From Nitrospirae bacterium CG1_02_44_142 (GTDB lineage Bacteria > Nitrospirota > Thermodesulfovibrionia > Thermodesulfovibrionales > UBA1546): a stretch of 32,337 nucleotides of DNA. Below the pieces are notes generated by a model. It was not told the DNA's origin, searched no databases, and worked only from the letters and a program-made list of their open reading frames with translations. The stretch lies in NCBI GenBank assembly GCA_001871685.1, contig MNVK01000044.1:1-32337 (forward strand). Direction: 5' to 3'. Below are positions 10,379-18,176 of the stretch, piece after piece (within the stretch, counting starts at the first letter, position 1; each line of letters begins with the position of its first letter). Both the position numbers and the translations under genes were made by a program.

Positions 10379-11464
10379 TCACACGTTAAATCTGAAATTG
10401 ATTATATCCCCGTCTTTTACTGCGTAAGTTTTGCCCTCAAGCCTCAGCAGCCCCTTTTCACGCGCGGCAGACATGCTGCCGTTTGATATGAAAGCATCAA
10501 ATGATACAACCTCTGCCCTTATGAATCCGCGCTCAATGTCAGAATGAATCTTTCCAGCCGCCTTCTGGGCGTCTGTGCCTTTCTTTATTGTCCAGGCCCT
10601 GACCTCATCCTCTCCTGCGGTAAGAAATGAGATAAGTCCGAGGAGGTCGTACGAGACATGGATTAATCTGTTCAATGCAGGCTCCTGAATGCCGAGGTCC
10701 TTAAGAAATGCCTCCGCCTCTTCCGGAGATAACTGCGCAATCTCCATCTCAATCTTGCCGCAGAGGTTTAATACTTTTACCTGCCTGCCTTTGAAGAACT
10801 TCTGAAGTCCGGAAGTTGTTCCGGCAGTCTCTTCGGAATTCAAATCTTTTTCCGAAACATTTAAAACAATAACCACAGGCTTTATTGACATGAACTGGAG
10901 GTTTCTCATAGTCTTTTGCTCTTCCTCTGAGAATTCAATATCTCTGAGAGGCGTCTCCTTTTCAAGAACCTCTTTGCACTTTAAAAGAATCTTCTTTTCT
11001 GTCTCATCAGGCTTCTTGCCTCTCTTTTTCCCCTGCTCCATCCTTTCAAGCCGTTTTTCAACAAGTTCCAAATCTCCGAAAATCATCTCAAGCTCTACGG
11101 TCTCCGCATCGCGGGCGGGGTTTATATTTTCCAGCGGATGGACTATGGATTCATCCTCAAAACCTCTGACAACATGGACTACAGCGTCAACGTCTTTTAT
11201 CAGGTCAAAGACCTTTCTGTTCTGCTCAATATCGCCTTTTGTAATGCCGATATAATCAACATATTCTACTGTTGCATATGTAGTTTTCTTCGGCTTATAA
11301 ATCTCTGCCAGTTTTTCAATCCTTGAATCAGGGACTTTCACGACGCCGAGATGAGGCTCTGCCGTGAGAGTCGGATATACCGTTGTCTCAAGGTTTAGGC
11401 AGGTCAGGGCATTAAAGATTGTTGTCTTTCCTGAATTTGCAAGTCCTATAACAGCTATCTTCAT
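10379..11464 (-). CDS. ychF: Obg-family ATPase YchF
   Basis: GLANSGKTTIFNALT, VPDSR, VHVVRGF, AGKIHSDIERGFIRAEV, LRLEGKTY.VKDGDII.FRFNV. Confidence 0.95.
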   Translation of the reverse strand: MKIAVIGLANSGKTTIFNALTCLNLETTVYPTLTAEPHLGVVKVPDSRIEKLAEIYKPKKTTYATVEYVDYIGITKGDIEQNRKVFDLIKDVDAVVHVVRGFEDESIVHPLENINPARDAETVELEMIFGDLELVEKRLERMEQGKKRGKKPDETEKKILLKCKEVLEKETPLRDIEFSEEEQKTMRNLQFMSIKPVVIVLNVSEKDLNSEETAGTTSGLQKFFKGRQVKVLNLCGKIEMEIAQLSPEEAEAFLKDLGIQEPALNRLIHVSYDLLGLISFLTAGEDEVRAWTIKKGTDAQKAAGKIHSDIERGFIRAEVVSFDAFISNGSMSAAREKGLLRLEGKTYAVKDGDIINFRFNV

Positions 11465-11468
11465 TATT

Positions 11469-12494
11469 TTAGAACAGCCCCTTAGGTATGCTTATACCAA
11501 GATGCTGATATGCATGTTTTGTGGCAAATCTGCCTCTCGGAGTTCTTTCAAGGAAACCCTCCTGCAGGAGATAAGGCTCATAGACGTCTTCTATTGTTTC
11601 TTTATCCTCTCTCAATGCCGCCGAAAGAGTATCCACACCAACAGGACCTCCTCCGAATTTCTCTATTATTATTGACAGAAGTTTCCTGTCTACATCGTCA
11701 AGCCCCTTTTCATCAACGTCAAGGGCCAGAAGAGAGTCCTTTGTTATCTTCAGGTCAATCGCCCCGTCTCCTTTCACCTGCGCAAAATCCCTTATCCTTC
11801 TGAGAAGCCTGTTTACAATCCTCGGCGTCCCCCGCGAGCGCAGTGCAATCTCAAGAGCTGCGTCATCCTTAATTTCTATACCCATAATCCCCGCAGACCT
11901 CAGCGCTATTTTTTTAAGCTCAGAGCGCCCATAAAATCCAAGCCTGTTTATTACGCCGAATCTGTCTCTTAAAGGCGAGGTAAGAAGTCCCGTCCTGGTT
12001 GTTGCGCCTATCAAGGTAAACTTTGGCAGGCTCAGTTTCAGGGTCCTGGCATTAGGCCCTTGCCCTATGATTATGTCAAGCTGATAATCCTCCATTGCGG
12101 GATAAAGAACCTCCTCCACTATCCTCGGGAGGCGGTGTATCTCGTCTATGAAGAGGATGTCAAAGTCTGACAGGTTTGTAAGTATTGCGGCGAGGTCTCC
12201 CGGCCTCTCAAGCACAGGCCCTGATGTGGACCTTATATTTACCTTAAGCTCGTTTGCGATTATTGTCGCAAGCGTTGTCTTGCCAAGCCCCGGAGGCCCG
12301 CAGAAAAGGACATGGTCTAAAGGCTCATTCCTCTGCCTGGCAGCAGTGATAAATACTCCGAGATTTTCTCTTATCTTTTCCTGCCCAATAAAATCGCTGA
12401 ATATCTTTGGCCGCAGATTAAGTTCATAGGTCAAGTCTTCTTCTTTAACAACAGGATTTACTGTCCTTTCAGGATTGTCGTCTTTACGAATCAT
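11469..12494 (-). CDS. ruvB: Holliday junction helicase RuvB
   Basis: [42 protein letters not shown]...RTPRGR. Confidence 0.98.
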   Translation of the reverse strand: MIRKDDNPERTVNPVVKEEDLTYELNLRPKIFSDFIGQEKIRENLGVFITAARQRNEPLDHVLFCGPPGLGKTTLATIIANELKVNIRSTSGPVLERPGDLAAILTNLSDFDILFIDEIHRLPRIVEEVLYPAMEDYQLDIIIGQGPNARTLKLSLPKFTLIGATTRTGLLTSPLRDRFGVINRLGFYGRSELKKIALRSAGIMGIEIKDDAALEIALRSRGTPRIVNRLLRRIRDFAQVKGDGAIDLKITKDSLLALDVDEKGLDDVDRKLLSIIIEKFGGGPVGVDTLSAALREDKETIEDVYEPYLLQEGFLERTPRGRFATKHAYQHLGISIPKGLF

Positions 12495-12516
12495 CGTTAC
12501 CTTTAATTTGCCTTTT

Positions 12517-12600
12517 TGTCATTGCGAGCGAAGCGTGGCAATCTTGTTGTTTGAGATTGCTTCGTCATCCCGAAAGCTTTCGGGATTCCTCGCAATGACA
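12517..12600. repeat. REP-like palindromic element (GTCATTGCGAG type)
   Basis: Terminal IR TGTCATTGCGAG/CTCGCAATGACA; inner GCAATCT/AGATTGC stem; perfect 20-bp palindrome ATCCCGAAAGCTTTCGGGAT (12567-12586). Confidence 0.85.
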
Positions 12601-12602
12601 AT

Positions 12603-13190
12603 TTAATATTCTTCTTCACTATTGTTTCCTGTCAGATATTTTAAAGATTCTTTTAGCAAAGTTTCTATATCCTTATATCCTTTTTTATAAGCCGCCTCCA
12701 GCGACTCCATCGCCTCTGATTTTTTATAGCCGAGATTAACGAGCGCTGAAAGCGTATCTTCAAAAAGCCTGTCTCTAAATTGCTCTGCCCGGGGGAGCTT
12801 TTCCCTTAGTTCAAGTATTAACCTCTGCGCTGTTTTCTTGCCAAGCCCGGGTATCCGGCATAAGAGCGCAACATCCTCTTTTTCAATTGCATTTATGAAA
12901 TCATCATGCGCTATGCCTGAGAGAATGTTTAAGGCCATCTTCGGGCCTATGCCTGTTACGCCGAGAAGGGTTGTGAATATCCTTTTTTCATCCTCAGTGG
13001 TAAAGCCGTATAGATGGAGAGCGTCTTCACGGACATGAGTATAGATATGCAGGAAAACACTGCTGCCTTCTTCCGGAAAATTTGCGAGTACGCTTAAAGG
13101 GACATTTACCTGATAACCCACGCCGCCGACTTCCACGATAACATTATCCGGTCTCCTTGAAATGAGTTTTCCTCTTAATGAACCAATCAT
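12603..13190 (-). CDS. ruvA: Holliday junction DNA-binding protein RuvA
   Basis: MIGSLRG, GGVGY, HVRED..LYGF, HhH motifs GIGPK and IPGLGKKTA.RLILEL, ALVNLGY. Confidence 0.98.
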   Translation of the reverse strand: MIGSLRGKLISRRPDNVIVEVGGVGYQVNVPLSVLANFPEEGSSVFLHIYTHVREDALHLYGFTTEDEKRIFTTLLGVTGIGPKMALNILSGIAHDDFINAIEKEDVALLCRIPGLGKKTAQRLILELREKLPRAEQFRDRLFEDTLSALVNLGYKKSEAMESLEAAYKKGYKDIETLLKESLKYLTGNNSEEEY

Positions 13191-13368
13191 AGCTTTGATT
13201 TTAACAGATAGCGCATTGTTTTATCCTTCCAACCCCGCCTGAAGCTCTGATTGAAAATCCTATTAGTTCTTTCCTCTCAAAGCCTTTAAAATAAAAAATT
13301 GGCGGTGCCTTTTGGTTAAAATCCGAACTTTTTTTGACGAAAATCCGGACTTTGAATTTTGATAATTT

Positions 13369-13419
13369 TTGCCCGCCCTCGCTTTCGCCGCTTCTTTTTT
13401 CGCCACCGCAATTTTTCGT
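13369..13419. repeat. Left subterminal inverted repeat of islet
   Basis: TTGCCCGCCCTCGCTTT[..]TTCGCCACCGCAATTTTTCGT matches the reverse complement of 15968-16006 apart from a ~13-nt insert and two small differences. Confidence 0.85.
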
Positions 13420-13441
13420 GCCAGCAAAGCTGGCGCGCCGC

Positions 13442-13834
13442 CTATTTCTTTTCGGGTTTTCTCATTATAAACAAATACTTAAAACCTCTCAAGTAAAAAT
13501 TATATTGCCTTGCTCTATTGTGCCAAACTCCCGTGTTTGATGTTTGATTATGTCTCGTTAGACAAATAATGTCCATTGGCTCAAAATATTTTTCCAATCT
13601 CTGCCACATTAAAAATCCAACTGCTGTAAATTTCTTTTTAATCCATTGGTCGGCAATAACCCAACCCATTACTTTGCCGGGCTTCAAAATTCTTGCAATT
13701 TCAGAAGCGGTTTTTTCTAATTCGTCGTAAAATTCTGCTTTCTCGCAAGAAATTTTGCCTATACATTTTTCATCATCTGAATACTTGATATTATCCGAGT
13801 ATGGCGAATCAATAAAAACAAAATCAACAGAAAT
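13442..13834 (-). pseudogene. 5'-truncated DNA amino-methyltransferase (C-terminal 130 aa)
   Basis: Frame open from 13834 (after TAG at 13835-13837): ISVDFVFIDSPYSDNIKYS...ARILKPGK...; motif IV-like DSPY present but no upstream start codon and no FxGxG SAM-binding motif. Confidence 0.8.
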
Positions 13835-14126
13835 CTAATCGCTGGACATCTTCGTTGGTCAATCCATATTTCTTTAACATTTGTTCATTCCTCAAAAACG
13901 CTCCCCGTTCCTGATGATCATTTTCTGGGTGAAAATCAATAATTGAATCTGCATAACTGGATAATAATGCTTTCCAATCCTCTTTACTAATTTTTTCAAC
14001 CTTAATGCGCAACTCCCATTCTTTAATAAATTCCAATAATCTTTCTGTTGCCTCCACGTTGTCTAAAGAAAAAATGGCGTCGCTTGGATTTAATCCTACA
14101 GATTTTAATATTTTTGTTGCGTTCAT
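13824..14126 (-). CDS. Hypothetical 100-aa protein of the R-M islet
   Basis: ATG 6 nt after the HNH stop, same strand and composition; no recognised motif. Confidence 0.75.
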   Translation of the reverse strand: MNATKILKSVGLNPSDAIFSLDNVEATERLLEFIKEWELRIKVEKISKEDWKALLSSYADSIIDFHPENDHQERGAFLRNEQMLKKYGLTNEDVQRLDFC

Positions 14127-14132
14127 AGTTTT

Positions 14133-14720
14133 TTATTTCTCCCAAATTATATGACAGTTAATATTGTGTTTTTCATAGTCTTTCAACACATCAGCGCAAA
14201 AATCTATCAATTCCTTATTTTTTTCACTTTTGGCCAATTCATATAATCGAATAAACATCTTCTTTCCTGTTTCAGTTTGCTTGAGATGTTTTTTTACAAA
14301 ATTGTGTTGTGCACATAAGGTTTGTCCGTTTTCAACTACTGCTTTTCCACCTTCATATCTTGATTTAATGTGATCAACTTGTAATTCAATCCCGTCCTCT
14401 CTGCCTCGTCCGCACTGGACACATTTATAGCCGTCTCGTTTTAAAATAAATTCTTTTTGTTCAGGCGTAAAATCCTCCAGTTCTCGTTGATTAACCGCTT
14501 CCGGGTCATAGCGATAAATTCCTTTTTTAACTTTTATCAAAAACCCCACTTCGTGCAAGTTTCTAATTGACCGCCAAGTGTCTCGCGGCTTTTTATTGTA
14601 AAGTCTTTTATATTTTGCCTCAACCCAATCTACAACTGGGCCGTGTGTCATATCCTGTTTTGGATGTGCCTTAAAATATTCAATAAGTAAATCTCGTATT
14701 GATTTGTTTTTCTTTTTCAT
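14133..14720 (-). CDS. HNH endonuclease, probable type II restriction enzyme
   Basis: CVQCG...LQVDHIK...GG...ENGQTLCAQHN; N-terminal helical/wHTH-like region; ATG at 14720, 8 nt after the MTase stop. Confidence 0.88.
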   Translation of the reverse strand: MKKKNKSIRDLLIEYFKAHPKQDMTHGPVVDWVEAKYKRLYNKKPRDTWRSIRNLHEVGFLIKVKKGIYRYDPEAVNQRELEDFTPEQKEFILKRDGYKCVQCGRGREDGIELQVDHIKSRYEGGKAVVENGQTLCAQHNFVKKHLKQTETGKKMFIRLYELAKSEKNKELIDFCADVLKDYEKHNINCHIIWEK

Positions 14721-14728
14721 AGTTGTTA

Positions 14729-15565
14729 TTAAGTTAATAAATTTGTTTGATCTATTTTTGCCTCTGTCCGTAATCGTTTGATTGCTATATCGCAATAATC
14801 TTTATCAATATCAACACCGATTCCTTTTCTATTGTGTAAATATGAAGCGATAAGCGTTGAACCGCTTCCCAAAAATGGATCTAAAACCGTATCGCCGATA
14901 TAACTAAATAATTTTATACAGCGTTTTGGTAATTCAATCGGGAATGGCGCAGGGTGTCCGCCCGCCCCTTTTTTACTTTGGCCGTTGAAAGTCCAAATTC
15001 CATTTGTCCAGTCCATAAATTCTTGTTTTGTAATATCGTTTTTTCTGCTTCCACTAGTTTTTTTCCAGCTATCTTTATACAAAACCAAAATCAATTCAAC
15101 CGGAGCAATAACATAAGGGGCAGAAGCGGACATAAACGAACCCCAGGCGGTGCGGCGAGAAATATTTCCCTCGTTCCAAATAATTGTTGAGTGATATTTC
15201 CAGCCAATATCTTTTGCGATTTTTGTAATATCCGCTCCAACTGATTTTTGGCCGCCTTTGTTTTTATCAAGTGGGATATTTAGTAAAAATCGCCCCTCCT
15301 TTTTTGCTAAGTCAAAACATTTTTTGATCCATTTTTGAGTAAATTCTAAATAATCCTCGTAAGTTAAATTGTCGGCATGTGAATTGTAATGAATATCAAC
15401 ATTGTAAGGCGGAGAAGTAACAATCAAATCAACGGAGCTTTCCGGGATAGCAGTAATTTTCAAAAAATCTTCATTGAAAATTGAAATTTTGTCATTTTCA
15501 AAATATGGCTTTTTTACTTCGCCAACTGGTTTTATATTCTGTTTTGCGGACATTGTGTTTTGCAT
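14729..15565 (-). CDS. Beta-class DNA methyltransferase (probably N4-cytosine)
   Basis: Motif IV TSPPY N-terminal; HPAPFP and motif I LDPFLGSGST C-terminal; start may be 15553. Confidence 0.93.
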   Translation of the reverse strand: MQNTMSAKQNIKPVGEVKKPYFENDKISIFNEDFLKITAIPESSVDLIVTSPPYNVDIHYNSHADNLTYEDYLEFTQKWIKKCFDLAKKEGRFLLNIPLDKNKGGQKSVGADITKIAKDIGWKYHSTIIWNEGNISRRTAWGSFMSASAPYVIAPVELILVLYKDSWKKTSGSRKNDITKQEFMDWTNGIWTFNGQSKKGAGGHPAPFPIELPKRCIKLFSYIGDTVLDPFLGSGSTLIASYLHNRKGIGVDIDKDYCDIAIKRLRTEAKIDQTNLLT

Positions 15566-15570
15566 AAAGA

Positions 15571-15789
15571 TTATTTGATTAAATCATCTACCTTAACACC
15601 TAACGCGTTGGCGATTTTTGATAAGGTATCAATTGTTGGATTTTTAATTGTTCCCGATTCAATTTTAATAACAGTGTTATAGGCGACATCTGCCATTTTT
15701 GACAACCTATCCTGCGAAACACCCTTTTTATTTCGGGCTTTTTTTATGTTTTCCGATATTGTTGATATTTCGTTTGACTTGCTTGCCAT
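15571..15789 (-). CDS. XRE-family HTH regulator (controller C-protein-like)
   Basis: NIKKAR.KKGVSQDRLS..ADV....IKIESG..NPTIDTLSKIANALGV.VDDL; first gene of the R-M operon. Confidence 0.92.
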   Translation of the reverse strand: MASKSNEISTISENIKKARNKKGVSQDRLSKMADVAYNTVIKIESGTIKNPTIDTLSKIANALGVKVDDLIK

Positions 15790-15967
15790 AAAATACTATT
15801 ATAATTATAAGGTTATGTTGTGGGATTAAGTCCCAATCCTTACTATAATGATACTAAATTATTATAAACTTGGCAAGCAAAATAAAGGGAGTAAATCTGT
15901 TGTGTGCGCACGGGTGGGCGGGGCAAACACAACCTCCTTTCTGGCAGCGCATTTTGCGAAGCAAAAT

Positions 15968-16006
15968 ACGAAAAATTGCGGCGGCGAAAAAGCGAGGGCG
16001 AGGCAA
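15968..16006. repeat. Right subterminal inverted repeat of islet
   Basis: ACGAAAAATTGCGGCGGCGAAAAAGCGAGGGCGAGGCAA, inverse of 13369-13419. Confidence 0.85.
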
Positions 16007-16035
16007 CAACCCTCAAAAACGCTGAAATTGTAAAA

Positions 16036-16126
16036 TGGCGGAGGGGGTGAGATTCGAACTCACGTCCCGATATAATCGGGAAACGATTTTCAAGACCGTC
16101 GCCTTCAACCGCTCGGCCACCCCTCC
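16036..16126 (-). tRNA. tRNA-Ser (TGA)
   Basis: Minus strand GGAGGGG...CCCCTCC-G-CCA; anticodon arm ACGGT-CTTGAAA-ATCGT; long variable arm TCCCGAT-TAT-ATCGGGA. Confidence 0.96.
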
Positions 16127-16130
16127 AAAA

Positions 16131-16286
16131 AAGCTATCAGCTCTCAGCGTTCAGCTAACAGCAAAAGCAGTAATTATTATAGCAAATACAGGTCATCATG
16201 GCACAGTTTTGCTGGGTCTAAAATAAAAAGCCCTCAAAAAGGGCTTTTTATTTTACTGAAAGCTGACTGCTGAAAGCTGATTACTG
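16131..16286. repeat. Inverted pair of heptamer arrays flanking the rnf terminator
   Basis: AAGCTAT CAGCTCT CAGCGTT CAGCTAA CAGCAAA (from 16131) and CTGAAAG CTGACTG CTGAAAG CTGATTA (16256-16283). Confidence 0.7.
16219..16255 (-). terminator. Intrinsic terminator after rnfB (potentially bidirectional)
   Basis: Perfect IR TAAAATAAAAAGCCCT / AGGGCTTTTTATTTTA with T-tracts on both strands. Confidence 0.8.
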
Positions 16287-16292
16287 TTTTTC

Positions 16293-17474
16293 TTATGCTG
16301 CCTCAGCTTTTTTCTTTTTCTTTTCCGCCGAGGCCGCAAAGACCTCTGATGCGTTGAATGTCCCGTCTATTGCCTGAACAGGACACCTTGCCGTGCAGAT
16401 TCCGCAGCCTATACATTTATCTTTATCAATTGAGTGCTTTTTCTTCAACTCGCCTAAGGGCGCATTAACAGGACACACCTTTGCACATATCTGGCATCCA
16501 ATACATTTATCCAGCACAAATGCCTTTGACCTGTGAGGTATGAAATCAGTGATTGCCTTTGTCGGGCACTTTGGAACGCATAAGCCGCATACCTTGCACT
16601 TGTTTATGTCAATCCTTGAAAGATTATTCTCAACAGAAGGGGCATCAAACGGGCAGACCTTAACGCAGATGCCGCATGCAATGCATCCGACCTGACAGTT
16701 CTTTCTTGTGTCTCCGCCTTTATCCTTTGAATGGCATGTAACCAAGACCTGCTTTGATGCAGGAAGGACTTCTATGACCTTCACAGGACATGCCTTTTCG
16801 CATTTCCTGCAGCCTGTGCATTTCACTATATCAACAACAGGAAGATGGTCCTCGCTCATAGTTATTGCGCCAAAAGGACATACCCTTGAGCATGTGCCGT
16901 AACCAAGGCATCCGTATCTGCAAGACTTATCCCCGCCCCCTGCAAGTATCGCAGCCCTGCAGTCCTGCACGCCTTCGTATCTGAATTTTTTAACTGACTT
17001 AGACCAGCCTCCCTGACACATAATCCTTGCAAAGTTAGGCTCTAACGCAGATGCCGTCTTGCCTGTTATCCTTGCAACTGCCTCAGCGCTCTTTGCGCCT
17101 CCGGGGATACATAAATTAGACGCAACATCGGGCTCTTTGACCACAGCCTCTGCATACTGTTCGCACCCTGCAAATCCGCATGCGCCGCAGTTTGCGCCCG
17201 CAAGAACATCCCTTACCTGCTCAACCTTAGGGTCGGTCCGGACGGCAAATCTTTTTGCTGCCAGGGCCAATACGACGCCGAAAAAAGCGCCTACACCGGC
17301 AAGGAAGACAAGTGTCCATTTAATCAGGGGAATAATGTCTATCTTTTCCTTTGCCTCAACCCCGCCGCCAACACCGGCAAAAACAGAAGTAGAGCAGAAG
17401 AGCAGAAGAACAATAGAGCAGTAGAATGAAAAAGCAATAATAGTTATCTTTTTTATTTTGGAATCATTAAACAT
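16293..17474 (-). CDS. rnfB: Rnf complex subunit B (polyferredoxin type)
   Basis: LAGANCGACGFAGC FeS domain; five canonical CxxCxxCxxxCP motifs plus CLGYGTCSRVCP; SD AGAGGAG. Confidence 0.93.
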   Translation of the reverse strand: MFNDSKIKKITIIAFSFYCSIVLLLFCSTSVFAGVGGGVEAKEKIDIIPLIKWTLVFLAGVGAFFGVVLALAAKRFAVRTDPKVEQVRDVLAGANCGACGFAGCEQYAEAVVKEPDVASNLCIPGGAKSAEAVARITGKTASALEPNFARIMCQGGWSKSVKKFRYEGVQDCRAAILAGGGDKSCRYGCLGYGTCSRVCPFGAITMSEDHLPVVDIVKCTGCRKCEKACPVKVIEVLPASKQVLVTCHSKDKGGDTRKNCQVGCIACGICVKVCPFDAPSVENNLSRIDINKCKVCGLCVPKCPTKAITDFIPHRSKAFVLDKCIGCQICAKVCPVNAPLGELKKKHSIDKDKCIGCGICTARCPVQAIDGTFNASEVFAASAEKKKKKAEAA

Positions 17475-17560
17475 AAGTCACTCCTCTAACTTTTATTACA
17501 AACAGTAGCAACAGAAAATAAAAACGGTTGCACTACTGCTCTTCTGTTCTACTGCTCTGG

Positions 17561-18154
17561 CTATAGCGTAATCAGTCCTGAAAAACCTGTAAAAGCCAGC
17601 GCTACCAAACCTGCTACAATAAAGGCTATCGGCAGTCCCCTGAAAGGAATAGGTACATCGGCAAGCTCAAGTTTTTCGCGGATGCTTGCCATTATTACAA
17701 GCGCAAGCGCAAACCCGAGTCCTGAACCAAATGCGAAAGCAAGGCTCTGGATAAAACTATACTTCTCGCCTGCATTTATCAATGGAACTGCAAGTATGAT
17801 ACAGTTGGTAGAGATAAGGGCAAGGTAGATGCCGAGTTTGTAATAAAGCCCCGGCGATACCTTTCTCATTATAGTGTCTGCGGCCTGAACAAATCCTGCA
17901 ACAACGCCGATAAACACGATAATCTTCAGAAAAGTGATATCAAGAGGAATCATTATTCCATTAAAAACAACCCAACTGATGGCAGCGCTTATCATCATAA
18001 CAGCAGTAAACGTAATGCTCATTCCCACTGCAGTCTCCATTTTTTTGGAGACGCCGAAGAATATGCAAAGTCCGAGAAACCTCGTGAAGACAAAATTATT
18101 TATCAGCGAAGCTGATATAATTAATTCAAAAAGTTTTGTAAATTCACTTCCCAT
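17561..18154 (-). CDS. rnfA: Rnf complex subunit A
   Basis: NNFVFTRFLGLC, LGIYLALISTNC, IREKL...DVP.PFRG.PI. Confidence 0.95.
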   Translation of the reverse strand: MGSEFTKLFELIISASLINNFVFTRFLGLCIFFGVSKKMETAVGMSITFTAVMMISAAISWVVFNGIMIPLDITFLKIIVFIGVVAGFVQAADTIMRKVSPGLYYKLGIYLALISTNCIILAVPLINAGEKYSFIQSLAFAFGSGLGFALALVIMASIREKLELADVPIPFRGLPIAFIVAGLVALAFTGFSGLITL

Positions 18155-18176
18155 AGCTTCCTCCTGTCTCTATCCA

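Larger units (their letters stand above)
13300..16041. mobile_element. tRNA-Ser-integrated non-autonomous restriction-modification islet
   Basis: TGGCGG (reverse complement of the tRNA 3' end CCGCCA) at 13300-13305 and 16036-16041; subterminal IRs; AT-rich cargo visibly unlike flanks; no integrase ORF. Confidence 0.75.

Noticed and set aside
13191-13299. ruvC remnant upstream of ruvA
   Set aside because: No RuvC-like translation seen; absence from this window says nothing about the genome.
16036-16126. tRNA-Sec
   Set aside because: Anticodon is TGA (Ser), not TCA; acceptor stem is 7 bp.
15848-16226. ORFs 15848-16033 and 16035-16226 as integrase or proteins
   Set aside because: Short, no catalytic motifs; they cover the inverted repeat and the antisense of tRNA-Ser.
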